64,000 nucleotides of DNA from Camelus dromedarius (Eukaryota), in NCBI RefSeq assembly GCF_036321535.1, contig NC_087436.1:59026001-59090000 (forward strand). Reading direction: 5' to 3'. This document shows positions 39,338-52,662 of the stretch, one piece after another. How positions within the stretch are numbered: position 1 is the stretch's first letter; each line of letters starts with the position of its first letter. The position numbers and the translations under genes are program-made. A model generated the notes under the pieces. It was not told the DNA's origin. It saw only the letters and a list, made by a program, of their open reading frames with translations, and made no database searches.

Positions 39338-39400
39338 CTGCTTAGAGGCAGAGTTGAATCTAGGACCCAGTTCTCTAGACTCCTGACCCTCCACTCTGCC
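39338..39400 (-). mobile_element. MIR, right part
   Basis: tagaggcagagttgaatctaggacccagttctctagactcc continues the MIR core. Confidence 0.65.
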
Positions 39401-41441
39401 AACATTGATTTCTCATGTCAAAAATAAGCCTTGAAGTTTTGAAAAAGAGTGATATCAAACATGATCTCCTGATTTAAGTGTTTGAACTTTTTATGTGATG
39501 TAAGTTTATTTCGGAATCCCGCTTAACTTCTACATGGTAAGCTAAAAGGTGTAACCACAGTGCGAGAGAACCAGATGTTCTCTCACACTGCTGATTTCTG
39601 AAAACAAATTAAGAGTGATCAATTTCAGAGAGGCAGGCAGATGAAGAGGCCAATTTACTATTAAAAAAAGCAATAGAAACTAACATGTACATAAGTGAGG
39701 CAGAATCACTTAGCATTTATATAGGTACTCAAAGACAAAGCTTCACTTTTTCTTACAATTTCTCTCAGTTCCTAATATCTAGATAGTCATGTAGTAAGGA
39801 ATCAATAAACTTCTGATAATGATAACACAATCTCTTCAGTGATTTTCTAAATCCAGAGTATTCTGCAATTAAGGTAAAATAGTTCAGTTTACATTTGGAT
39901 TTCTCATTAATATTCGCAATTTAATAATAATTTTTGGTCCTCTCAGTTGTATGAAATTATAAAAGCACTTTTGCTTGCTTTGAACTTCTAACTTGCAAAT
40001 ATTAAGCAAACTTCAGGTGGAAAAACAAGAGTGTTCTCAAAGATCTCATGTAACAAGGTATGAAGTTTATTAAACCACTTGCTATGGAAGAGTGGAATCA
40101 ATTTGAACAGTTTACACCTATGTGTATATGTATCATTTCTCTCCTTAAAATGGTGTGTAAGACAACATTTCACCTTAGCGCAAGTCTTAAAGGAGAGTAA
40201 CTGTAAAGTCATGTATCATTTGATTCTAGAAAACTAAAGAAAAAAAGGGGAGATTTATTGAACTTTAAGTTAAATAATTAACAAGAGAAAAAAACTATCT
40301 GTTCTTTCATGAGTTAAAGGATATTTTAATCCAATAATAATTTCAGGCTTTGGATTACTATATGTGGTTCCTGTTAATGCAAGAGGTTTAAAGAATTTAC
40401 TATTTAATCCATTATTGCATCTCAAATTGTAACTATTTGGTTTCTACCTTAGGAAGTGATTCTGTGTGCGCATGCATGATGTATGCATGTGTGTGTACAC
40501 ACACTGATAATTATAAAACCAATACAGTAAAATGTTATTCTGTTATAAACAGTAAAATGTTATAAATTATTTAATAAGTCCTAACTTTAAATGAGGGTTT
40601 ACTTCTAATGTTTACCAGGAGTAATTTCATATACCTATACAGAAGTCATTTAACAGTGATTCTCCCCATAAGTCCAATATAAGTAACAAATAATGCTGAA
40701 GAACAGATTTTCCTGAAAACAACTTAAGAGCTTTATAAATGCCTCCATTCCATGGGGTTGCTTCGGACAGGCATCAACTATATTTCTCCAGTTTCTGGAA
40801 TACATTTTTTACATTTATCCATTTATATAGTTTGCAACTATATTTGGCTGAACACCAAAAAGAAGCAGACAGTATTATGTGTACATTCTGTTAGAGACGC
40901 TATTGCTAGTCTAATAGAGTTCTATTCCTTTTCTAGTCCTATTTCTCTTTATCTTGAGATGAGCTTGGGATGTTTTTGATGTTACTTTACTCTGCCATTC
41001 ATTTGATTTTTGCTTTCATTGATTCTGGGTTTTTTTTTTTTTTCTTGTTGTATGTTTGAGCTAAATACAATTTATATTGCTTAAAAGGAAAGATTCTTGT
41101 TTTGGAATGAATAAGTTAATTTTTCTTTGGCAATGCATTAAGGTTTTGGGTTTTTGTTTTGCTATATATAAAAGGTTTAATTTTATTATTTTTCAAAGAA
41201 AAATATGAGAAAATATTTACATTAAATTTGTATATGTTGTTTAAAATTATTTATTTATTTATTTGTTTGTTTCCAGGAGAGAATTGATATGAGTGTTTTA
41301 AAATTCTATTGGATTAAAAGTTAGACATAGTCTATTTAGTAAAGGTTGTGGAGAGCATGAGATACATGCTATAGAGGTGTGGTATGGCTGATATAATATC
41401 CTTCAGAGGGCAGACAGATTGATTAAGGCAGACAATTAGGG

Positions 41442-41661
41442 CAGGGTTTCTAAAACTTGGCACCCTTGGCATTTGCTCCCGTAGTTCTTTGTTGTAGAAT
41501 GCTGTCTCGTGCATCATGGGATGTTTAGGAGCACCTCTGTCTCTATTTGCTAGATGCCAGAAGCACATTCTTTCCCGGGTTCTTTCATGACAATCAATAA
41601 TGCCTCTAGTTATAGATAATGTCTTCAGAGGGGCAAAATTATCCTTGGGTGAGAAGTACTA
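41442..41661. mobile_element. MER20 (hAT-Charlie), full length
   Basis: cagggtttctaaaacttggcac...ctgtctcgtgcatcatgggatgtttag...ctagatgccag...ggggcaaaatt...gtgagaagtacta; about 220 bp. Confidence 0.85.
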
Positions 41662-41989
41662 GTTCAGGAAAAGAGGACTTTTTAAAACTAAGAAAATCTG
41701 GAAAGCACAGTAAAAGGGTTTAACAGGATAATTACAGAAATTCATTTCAAGATGACTAAATTTCAACTTATAACTGGCGAGAAATAGAATCTTATTAATA
41801 TCATTTTAAGGCAGGTTGCCACCTTGGTAGGATAAATGATGCGTGAAGAATAGATATTTTTTCTTGATTCATTGTAGAATAATAAATAATTTCAAGGCAT
41901 ATGAAATTAGGGAAACAAAGTAGGAAAGTCTAATTGTGGATAGATTAACTTCTGGAATAATGTGTAAAAAGTTTTCTGGACTTGTTGTA

Positions 41990-43950
41990 TGCTTGTGGTG
42001 AGCATATCAGAGAAGCATTTATAACAGATGAAAACTGTTTTAAAAATCAAACGTGTATTTAATGTCTCTGGAAATTATCCTAAGAACATACAGGAGATGA
42101 AGTAACATTTATTCAAGAAGATCTATGAACTCTCAGCAAGATCATCAATAGGCTTTGATAATTAACCATAGTCCACTGCTTCCCTCTACCCACTACCAGC
42201 TCAGCCTGATGGATTCTCCACTCTGGGAAGATGTAGCCAAGAATTGGGGCTCCTTATCCCTCAGCTCTGAGTCAAAGGCTATAGTATCCACCTAAAAGGG
42301 GCAGGGTTCACATTGTGGTTGAAATAGACTTCACTAAAGTTGTCCAACCAAGACACTAAACAGATAAATAAGAAAGAAACAAGCCCTAGAGGGGTATGAG
42401 GACTTGCTATCCAGAATTGGCACAACATATTAGTTAAAATGTTCCGTCTGAATATGAAATTACTAGACATGAAAGGAACAGGGAAGTGTGACCAATACAG
42501 AGAGAAAAAAGCATACAAGAGAAACAGCTTGTGACAGAGCTCAGATACAAACTTAAAAAAAGGTCTTCAAAGCAGCCATTATGAATAGTTTTGAAGAATT
42601 AAAAGACCTTATGCTTGAAGAAGTGAATGAAGGTGTGATGACAATCAGCTATCAAAGAGAGAATATCAATAAAGAGAGATATGTTTTTAAAATAACCAAA
42701 TGAAAACTCAAGTTGAAAGTATAACTCAGTGAAAAATTAACCAGAGGGGATCAAGAACAGATGTGAACTGGCAGAAGAAAAAAAATCAGCAAAAGTGAAG
42801 ACTAATCAATAGAGATTATGTAATCCAAAAAAAGTGAGAAAAAGAATGAAGAAAATGAACAGATCCTCAGAGAAGTGTGGGAAACATTAAACAAATCAAA
42901 ATACATGTAAGGTGAATATCAAAATGAGGAGAGAAAAAATAACAGAAAACATTGAAAAAATAATGCCTGAAAAGTTCACAAATTTGATGAAAAAATTAAT
43001 CTACATATTCCAAAGGTTCAGCAAACTCCAAGTAGTATAAAGACAAATATATTCACATACAGATACATCATAGTAAAAATGTTGAAAGAAATTCTTAGAA
43101 AGATACCAACTACCAAAACTGACTCAGGAAGAATTAGAAAATCTTAATAGACCAATAGCAAGTAAAGAGATTAAAAATTAGTATCTTAAAAAATATGTTC
43201 CATAAACTAACACTCAGAAAGTTTACTCTTGTATCCCTACCAGACATTTGAAAAATGATTCATAGCAATTCGTTAAATCTTCCATAAATGTGAGAGAACA
43301 CTTGCTAACTAATTCCATGAGTACAGTATTACCTTGATACCAAAACCAGACAAGGACATCACAAGAAGATAAAACTGTTGATCAATGTATTTTATAAATA
43401 TAGATGCACAAAGCATCAACAAAATGCTAGCAAACTAAACCCAGAAACACACGAAAAATACACTATACCATGACCAAATAGGATATATCCTACGAATAGA
43501 AAATTAGATTAATATTCAAAATAAATTCATATAATACACCATATCTATAAGATAAAAGAACCATGTGATTAACTCAGTCAACACGGAAAAAGTATTTGCC
43601 AAAATCCAACACTGTTTCATGATAAAAACAAAGCAAAACAATGAATAAAAGGGAGGTTTCTCAACCTGATAAAGGGTGCAAACAAAGAATTCTATAACCG
43701 GTATCATATTTAATTCAGAAACACTGAATTCCTCCACTCTAAGGTCAGGAATGAGTTAAGAACGTCCACTGTAGCCTCTTACATTCATCATTGTACAGAA
43801 AGGTCTAGCCAGGTGATTCATGTAATAACAGCATTCAGACTAGAAAGGTAAATGTAAAATCTCTATTCACAGATGACATGATGTTGTGTACTCTTAGAAA
43901 GCCAGAAAAGAAACTTAGAACTGATAAACAAATTTAAAATACGTAACCCT
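41990..43950 (+). mobile_element. Old LINE-1 (5'/ORF1 region joined to an ORF2 segment by internal deletion)
   Basis: ORF1-like aaaagaatgaagaaaatgaacagatcctcagagaagtgtggga. ORF2-like cagtattaccttgataccaaaaccagacaaggacatcacaag and ctctattcacagatgacatg. Confidence 0.85.
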
Positions 43951-44312
43951 AAGACGTGATTTTTATTCCCTATAATAACACAGTGCAATCTTATTTATAC
44001 TTTTAATTACTTTTGTCAAAAGACAATCACCAAAAAAAAAAAAAGAAAAAATCACAAAAAATTGTTCATAAATGAAATGAAAAGTGGGGAAGGTAATTTT
44101 TGGAAACTCTTATTACCAACATATAATATATTTAACATAAACAGCCTACTAATTAATAAGAAAAATCTGAATAGATCAATTTAGTAAAGGAGTTAACCAA
44201 TTTGCTGAAGTAGAAACAGACGGCCAGCGACATTTAAAGGGTCTCAACCATAAATAAGCATTTCACCAATCAAACCTGCAGCAATTAAAAGTTTAATAAT
44301 TGTCAGTACTGG

Positions 44313-44621
44313 TCAATATCTTTGCTGGCTTCTTTGAAAGCAGAGCTTGAGATTTAGGATTTCTGTGCTAGTGATTTCTTGAGAAAATACTCTCAGGAGA
44401 TGAGGAATGAAGGAACCAGGACAGGGCTTCAGAAGAAAGCCGAGAGAGGATACAGTCAGCAGGAGGGTAGTTTCAGCTCGGCTCTATGAGCAGCTGAGGA
44501 CACTAATTGCAACAGTTAGTAACTTGAGACCTTTTACCAGTTATTGGTTGTTGCTGCTCCCCAGAACAGAATGTGTAGCCAGTAAAGGTAATCTGGGCAG
44601 AGCACCCACACATCCACTACA
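44313..44621 (-). mobile_element. ERVL LTR (LTR16-like)
   Basis: aagcagagcttgagat...gtgatttcttgag...gaaggaaccaggacaggg...catccactaca. Confidence 0.6.
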
Positions 44622-44826
44622 GCAAATATTTAGAGGACAGTTGTTTCAGACTCTATTAATTAGAATATACAACAGGACATATTGAAGAGTGTTTCAGAAA
44701 GAATTATTAGCAAAATCTATTTATATACTTTAACCTGGCAGTTCTACTTCTATAAATATAAATTACATAAATACTGTACTTGCCCTATTGCAGGAAAATG
44801 TACATATGCCAAGGTTTATTGCAGAA

Positions 44827-45283
44827 AGTAGTAGGTAGAAAGGTAGGACCCTGCCCAAATCCTAACCCCTAGAAACTGTGGATATCTTACCTTACATGGT
44901 AAAGGAAATTGAGGTAGCAGATGGAATTAAGATTGCTAATCAACTTAAAATAGAAAGCGTCTCCTGGATTATACAGGTGGGCCCAATATAATCACAGAGC
45001 CCTTTAAATATGGGAGGGACCCACGTGACTTAGCGTCTGCGTGATACGATGTGAGAAAGGTTCTGCTGGTCGTTGCAGGCTCTGAAGACGCAGTATGTGC
45101 CTGAGCCAAGCTGGAAAAGGACACCGTGTCTCCCTGAGAGTGGCCGAGGAGGTATGTGGTCCTGCCAACACTTGTGTTTAGTCCAGTGAGAACCACTTCA
45201 TACTTCTGACCTCCACGCTGCAAGGTAAGAAACGTATGCAGTGTTGTGGTAACTTGTTACAACAGCAAAAGGAAATTAATACA
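44827..45283 (+). mobile_element. MLT1D-like MaLR solo LTR
   Basis: accttacatggtaaagg...gcagatggaattaagattgctaatca...ggattatacaggtgggcccaat...gtggtaacttgttacaacagcaaaaggaaattaataca. Confidence 0.88.
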
Positions 45284-45329
45284 CAGGGTTATTGAAATAA
45301 TCTATGATAAGGAAGCATAATACTACTAA

Positions 45330-45800
45330 AAATGGGGACAGAAAAGGATTAGAAGGATAAATCAATGGTTTATCTAATTGTTGAGCCTAAACTCGGGGAG
45401 AGTAAGTGTTAATGCTACCATTATGTTTTAAAAGTGAGAAAAAGTGAGGAAAATAGAACAGACTGGCTGTTGGGGTTTGTTGGGAAGGTACTTTGTGAGT
45501 TCTAGTAAACTTGGGGACACACTATGACATTTAGATGGACAGACTATAAAGAGGTCTAAATGGAGCTTCATTTTCAGTACTGGTGTGAAAACCACATGTA
45601 AAAGGGATTGAGCAGTGAATAAACAAAGGAAATGAAAGCTGCATGTCATCAATCATGGCTCGAAGGTTTGCTGTGGAAAAAAACAAAAAAGCAGAATTTG
45701 GTGTTCCAAGAGTTAGAAAGAGCTTACTAAAGTGCAACGATGAGATGAAGAGACCAGTACAGAGGAAGAATTTGAAGTTAAAACGAAGGCTAGGTAATTA
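45330..45800 (-). mobile_element. LINE-2 fragment
   Basis: Contains gtgagttctagtaaacttggggac...gacatttagatgga and cgaaggtttgctgtggaa. Confidence 0.45.
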
Positions 45801-47049
45801 ATCAAGTTATTAAAGGAAGTATTCAACAATAATATACGGGGTCTGCAGAAAATTATTACTACCGATTGAATTTCACTTGCTTTTATTTAAGGCGTTGTAC
45901 GTAAATGAAGATTCTGTGAGAATTAGTGGGACAGTATTGGTAACTGCCTTACCATCTGCGTGTGAGACGTATTTTGAGGAGTTTCTAATATGTTATTCCA
46001 TTTTAAATAATTAAATGCTTTTATTCATTTTCCCCTTGAATACCCATGAGGAATTAGGTCAAATAAAAAGTCTGTTTTCCTTGTGCACATGGTTATTATC
46101 TATTTTCTCTGTATCTTGCAGCGTTAAATACTCAGGTTAAAGTAAACTTGTAAATTTCTTCTTAGGATCAAATACATTGTGATTGCTAATGGTCTTATTA
46201 AGGTCCAGATCAAGCTTCTAGTGTGTTAGGTATTGTAAGTCAGAAACTTTCTAATAGAAAAAAATATATATAATATGTAAAATATTATAAATATTTACAA
46301 GTATATCTGTGTGTACACATATATAGGTGGGTATGTATACTTAATCATAAGAAGCATTTGCTGAGGACGTATAGCTAACAGTTTTAGCTAAACATACTTG
46401 AGAAATAATGGGTTATTTCTAGATCATGGAATTTGGGGGGAGACATAACTAAATGCTTATTAAGGATGTCAAGTAAATTAATACATTGATAAAACACTAC
46501 AAAGATAAAATCATTATTTAAAAGTTCTATGAAAATATCTACAAAAGAATTTTGATATAATGCAGAGGCAAAGTGGAGCTCTTTCCACAATTACAGCTTA
46601 AATGCCTAGAAGTTTCTTTTCCTTCCAGATTATAGAAACACGAGAAACGCTGTGTCCAGGATATATAGACAGCAAACCAATACATCCATCAATCATAGAA
46701 AGCTGATTGTAGATTATAGTAAGAATTGATTGGCATGATAGACTAAGGAAAATAATAGTATAAGGTCAGTGTTAACCGTGAGACTAGATTGATGAGAACA
46801 TGGCAACTGGGAGTAGGTCATTTTATCCACAGTGTCTGTAAAATGGAAGAGAGAAATTCTGTTACCATCCTGGCCGTGAAGATTCCAACAGAGTCCCTGT
46901 AGAAAAGAGAACTGAGTGAAAAATACATGTATATAACACTTGTCCATGCAGAAGCCTCGAAGATGCAGTACATCAGCAGCTTAACAGAATTAGTCAAAAC
47001 AACAACAAAGAAACATGAGCAGCTGAAAAGAGTATGGCTTAATTTTTAC

Positions 47050-49830
47050 CCTCAAAAGAAACCAAGTTGCCTCAATAAAAAGTCATAATCCTTTTCAGTT
47101 TGTAGACCTGAGCCAGTTTAGAATCCATTGACTCTTGGATCCTTTCTCCATGGTTAGTTAGTATAATGGTGATGAATATTCTAGTTTTTCTCCAAAGAAA
47201 CTTGTGGTGATTTGCTCTGGCAACTGTATATATACTAGCAGAACATATTGTGAGGATTGTTGGAAACAGAGTTCAGGCTGACATTGACCCCCAGAAACTC
47301 AAAGCAATCTTGTGGCTCCCTCAGTGGGTGGGGCCATGTGGGGGCCAGATAATTAAATGGATCTAGTCTGTGGATCTGCATGATGGTTATTTCTCTGGTC
47401 TCTGAATATATAATCAGAATAAACATGAATGGTATTTAGTAAAACCCCACATTAGGTTCTTGGTATATGTGTTAAAAAGAATAATGAGAAAAACAAAGTG
47501 GAAGCCTCTGAAACTTTCCCTCCCTCTAGGATATAGTAAAACAGGAGGAATATCACATGCTGGGAAGTTTGGAAGTTAGTGTCATATTTAAATATTTAAC
47601 AGACGCATGGCTGCTGGTACCCCATCATTTTCCCACTAAATTATATCAGTTTGACCCTGCATAAAAGTGATGGATACTAGAGACAGTAGACTACCTCAAG
47701 CTCAAGTAACTCAAGCCTTAATTACTAACAACTGGCCTTAATTACATCTATAATGCTGGCAGATTAACACAACCTTGGTACCTAGTATGTTGCCACTGAT
47801 TTGATATCTTAACTCCCCCACCCTGAAACATAATATAGTACAAATTGATATGAACTTCTCTATCCTGCAGCACATCACATACCATAATTTCATGTTAGTC
47901 CAGATGAGCAAAGTCAAATTGCTCACATATAGATGACTAACATATTGGAGGTCTTGGTAACATATATGTGCTCCTAACACTGGGAGTTAAAGTCTAGGAA
48001 GTTTCTGGGGCTTGTCACATCTGAAAAATATTTAGGAGTCCAGCTGGTGGCCTGTCAGGATATTCCATCTGAAGTAAAACAAAACAAATTTTTCATCTTG
48101 CCCTTTCCACCATGAAGAAGAAAGCATGATATGGGGAGGTCCTCTTTGGGGTTTTAAGGCAGCATATTCCACAGCTGGAAAAATTGTTCTAAAACATATA
48201 CTGCATGATGCAAAGGCTCCAGCATTAAGTGGAGCTCAGAGTTAAAAGAAAGCACTGTGGCAGATACAGGCTGTCAATGGTGGGGAAAGATGCTTTGTGA
48301 GAATTTGACAAGTTCTAAAATTTGGTAGAAAAGTCATACCATCTTGGTGTATTTCTGGGCTAAGTGACCGTAGTGCTACAACTGTCCATCATGAAATGAA
48401 CTCTCTCAAATCTACCAAGTCATAAGGTTGGGTGGGTTCAGAAACAGCCTGTTGTAAAATGTAACCTCTATATCCAGTATTGAGCATCAAAAAGCCAAAA
48501 GAGCAAAAGCAATATGCATGGGTGGGTAGCCCCAACTGCCAAGTCATAGCAAATGTTGCACCATTACTTAGCTACTACTTACCCTGTGACCTGTAAATTG
48601 GCTGTGTACATAAGTTCAAGCTGAAAATGATTAATGCCATCTAACTCAACTCAGGAGTAGCCTTGAAAGACAATGTAAAAGGAAAATGAGCAGAACTTCA
48701 TGCAGTGCATTTGGTCATTCATTTCACGTGGTAAGAGAAATGGCTTGAGGTTACAATACATACAGACACACAAGCAATGGAAAAATCACTTTGCTGGTGG
48801 TCAGAGGCCTGGAAGGAGAAATGCTGAAAGATTGAGGTCTGTAATAGAAAGATGTGGGTGTATATTTAGTAGTGGAAACAAGGTATGAAGGTCTTATAAT
48901 AACACGATAAGGACTGAAGGATAGCATCCCTCATTAAAGAGACATTTAACAAGAAGTCCAGCAGTTGCCCTCAGCCAGTCTTTGTCATCAGACATCCAAG
49001 TTGACATAATGGGCACATGAACTAATCAGTCACAGTGGCAGGGATGGAGGCTATGCATGGACAGAAACTGACGTATCTACTACCAGTACTGAATGTTCAA
49101 CCTGTCAATAGAAGAGGCAGATCACTACTGAGTCTCCAATATGGCACCATTTTTCAAGGAAACAAGCCAGCCACTAGGGGCAAGTAAACAAGATTGACTC
49201 CTTCTGTCTTGAAAGGATCAGTGATTCATTCTAAGAATAATACATATTCTGGGTATGGTCAGTGTTAGCATAGGAACATCCTGCTGAAGGCACATCTATG
49301 GTGACAGCCCAGTAGTGATACTTCACAGGATGGAGCGCTGTCCTCCCTGATGCATCATTCATGTTCAGTCTCTTGTTGGCAGCATTTCCCTAGTGAGAAG
49401 AGTGCATAAATCTAGGAACCAAGGGGCAGAAGTACAAGGAGTTCACTTCCTATCAGCCCTGGATACTGACTTGGAATTTTCACTTCCCATTCCCACAGTT
49501 GCGATCTCTATGGGATTAGAGACCTGATTCCGTAGTGGGTGTAATTCTACCAGGGCTTACAGTGAGCGTGTGATTACATTATAAGGTACCTCTGCTGTTT
49601 GCTCACGATGGGATTCTTGCATCAAGGGGCTAGCAGGCAAGGAGAGAAATCACTCCTTAGTAAATATAATTGATCCTGACCATAATGAGAAGACAGAGCT
49701 GCTGTTATATGGTGGGTATGGAATACGGTTGTCAACCAAGTTTTACATGTGAGTGCTTCATGGTACTCACTTCCTCAGCCAATTTTGATAGAAAATGAAT
49801 AAGCATAGTAGTATCCAGCACAGGAGTATA
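47050..49830 (+). mobile_element. Decayed ERVL-class internal region (protease / RT / RNaseH / integrase relic)
   Basis: Near 47254, ggattgttggaaacagagttcaggctgacattgacccc reads GLLETEFRLTLT (compare GLLDTGSELTLIP). Near 47660, a KSDG..TVDYLKL-like RT motif. Near 47925, catatagatgac resembles (Y)IDD. Near 48030, (K)YLGVQ..ACQDIPSEVK. Many frameshifts. Confidence 0.8.
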
Positions 49831-49879
49831 GGATAATAATGTATGTTTCTTGAATAGCTACTACATGTCAGGGGTGATA

Positions 49880-49990
49880 GTTGGGATTTTATATGGATTA
49901 TTAGAGAGACGAAAGAGGTTAAAGCAATTTGCCTAAGGTCACACTGTAAGTGGTAGAACAACTTTTTCCACCCAGGTAGAGTCATGCCAT
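49880..49990 (-). mobile_element. MIR core
   Basis: agaggttaaagcaatttgcctaaggtcacactgtaagtggtagaac. Confidence 0.75.
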
Positions 49991-52199
49991 ATATGAAGGA
50001 TGGATTGCTGAACTACGTGCGTAAACCTGACAAGCAGCATTCATAGTCTAATGCGAGAGTAGGCATATCAGCCAAGCAAATCCTTGCATAGAATTTCATG
50101 AGTATTCCTTATTGTTATTGAGGTTTACCGCACCTATATCGTATAACCTGCATCTTCTAATTTAAGAGTCCTTAAATCCCAGAACAACTCTTTCCATTTT
50201 GTATCAGTTAATTGACACCCACATCAGAATTTTCCGTCTTGGGATGTTCCTAACAGCACAATTGAAGACTAGTACACGACATCAGAAAATAGATTTTGAC
50301 CGTGTGTAGAAATTTATCTAAGTTGATTTCTTCATTTCCACACAGTGTGGAGTGCTAAATTCTGAGTTTATTGAGGCTGCAACTTTGTTGGTGAAAAAAC
50401 TACATCTATGTTGTTTCTCTCTTTTGAATGATTGTACTCTTTCTAAATGATTTCTAAAAATTTGACAGTTTGAAAGTGATGCTCCCTCTACATGCCTTGC
50501 CTCACAGTGAAAAGCAAGGCCTTAATTGTTGCTAGAATGCTTGTCACTGCTGATGAAGAGCACTAAACCCAGTTTCAAAATGCAATGTCAGAATTGCCTT
50601 TTTGGCTTCATTTTCTTTGTTTTAATATAAATTTGACACATGTCATGGAACATTTTACCAATTTAGAATAAAAGACATTGCCCAGTAAATTTCATATTTT
50701 GAATATAGTGATTTTAAACTGACCTACAGTGACACATTAGGAAAGAAAATATTTACTATTATATAGCACCACGTATAATGAAAACAACAAATGCTCTATC
50801 AGAAAAATTGTGCATATAAATTAGTGAGAAGCAAGTTTGAGAAGGAAAATCGTGGAGCAATGCTTAAAATAAGAAAACATTACTAAAGTGGCATGATTTT
50901 CATATCAGTTCTTCCAGATTCTTTCACAAAACCAGAGGAAAGTAAAAACTCATACTTTCATATGATCATTTCAGGTTTAAGTTCTTTCCTTTTTTTCTTT
51001 TGACTATTCATCACAAAGAGAAATAACCCTTTAAAAAGAGTCTCATTTTCCACATGTTGTGGCAATTCTAGCAGTCATTTTTCTCTTTTAAACTTTGTTC
51101 CATATAATTGGGTTAGTATCATTCCATAATGCATTTAGATATCAAATCAATCCATTCCATGCTACTGGGGTTGATTTCTTGGTTTTCTTTTAAATAAACG
51201 GTCAGATGTTGCTGAATTAGCAAGGGAAAGAACAGTGTCATACACATTTATTTCACACATTTTTTAATATATGATTACAGTATACTAATTCTGCCTGATT
51301 ACGAAATGCTCTTCTCTTGCATTTAAAGCTCTGCAAATCTTGAAAATTCCAAGAACATATATACAGGGCTGACATCAAAACAATATGTCATGATAGTTGT
51401 TTAGATTTAGTCCCATGGTCCTGAATAATAGAGACACAATTGTCAAAGGCAGTCGAGTGCTTTCTCTCCTGGAAATGATTTACAGAGGGCCCCAGAAAAT
51501 TATTAGGGATAGGATGACCATTGTTCTATGAGCCATAAGATATCTCCTTGATGCATTGCTGGTGCAGAAATAATATAAATAGAAAAATAGTCTTCGATTA
51601 TTTGAATATTAGTCAAGAGACTAATCATCATGGATTTCCATGGTGACAGAAAAATTTCCTAGCTTAGATTACAAACGAATGTTAATTTTAGCCTATTTGG
51701 TGACTATAAATAGAAACAAATGATTCCTTCTGAGACAAAGAATAATTCTAATTATCTCTTCACTAAGTATATAGTTGCATTAAATGGGTAGCTGGTTCTC
51801 TGTATTAAATAAGCATGTTAATTTTCATCCTAAATGTAAACAGTAATAGAATATTTTTGAAAGTATTATTTCTTTAAGCTTAGATTCTATAAAACCTCTT
51901 TTTTTCCCCCAAAATAAAACTGACTGTCTTTATCAGGGACTGAATTACTGGGAAGGATTATGCCAGCTGGGTAGGATTATGCCAGTTAGAAGTTAACAGT
52001 AAATAGAAAAATATCATATATCCTATGGTGATTTTAGAGAAACTGACCTTATCCTTAAGCCAACTGCTATATCTCATAACTGCAATTTGAATTAGTTCAC
52101 TTTATTTTCTGTTAATCTTTTTACTGGATGGTTGAACTAGTATTCATTTAAAAGACGCTGAAGTGTTCTTTTGTCTATAATTCTGTTGACTCGTAGAAA

Positions 52200-52640
52200 C
52201 CAGATATCTGTTTATATCTGTTTACCATGCTTAATGTTTCTTGCAGCTGGATACAAAGCTAGTCTAAATTCCCTAGCCTTACAATTACATATAGGCATGT
52301 GACTGAGTTCTGGCCTTTGGAACGTGGGCAGAGGTGATAGGCACCATGTCCCTACCTGGCCCACTAAAACCTTCCCAGGCTGTTGGTGTTTCCTACATTC
52401 CCCTTCTTTCCTGGTGAACTTGAAAATAGCCTTTTGAATAAGATGGAGCCATGATAGAGAAGGAACCTGTGTCACTGAATTGCTTGCTGGAAAATTGTCT
52501 GCCCATTAGAAACATCTATTTTGTACTTCATGAGAATAAGTTTTCCTATGTTCATAGGAGTAAGAAATGCATTTCTTTTGTGTGAAACCATTGAGACTTT
52601 GGAGTTTGTTAACAGCAGCTAACATGACTTTAGCTAATTT
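52200..52640 (+). mobile_element. MaLR LTR (MLT1J-like)
   Basis: ggcatgtgactgagttctggcctttggaacgtgggcagaggtga...aagatggagccatg...gtgtgaaaccattgagactttggagtttgttaacagcagcta. Confidence 0.8.
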
Positions 52641-52662
52641 ATGTTACAAACTCCAGTGCCCT

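Noticed and set aside
46629..46718. Potential 90-nt plus-strand exon (ttttccttccag acceptor, ATA|gtaaga donor, one open frame)
   Set aside because: Peptide unrecognisable, exonic donor context weak, adjacent to the ERVL relic; such matches are expected by chance.
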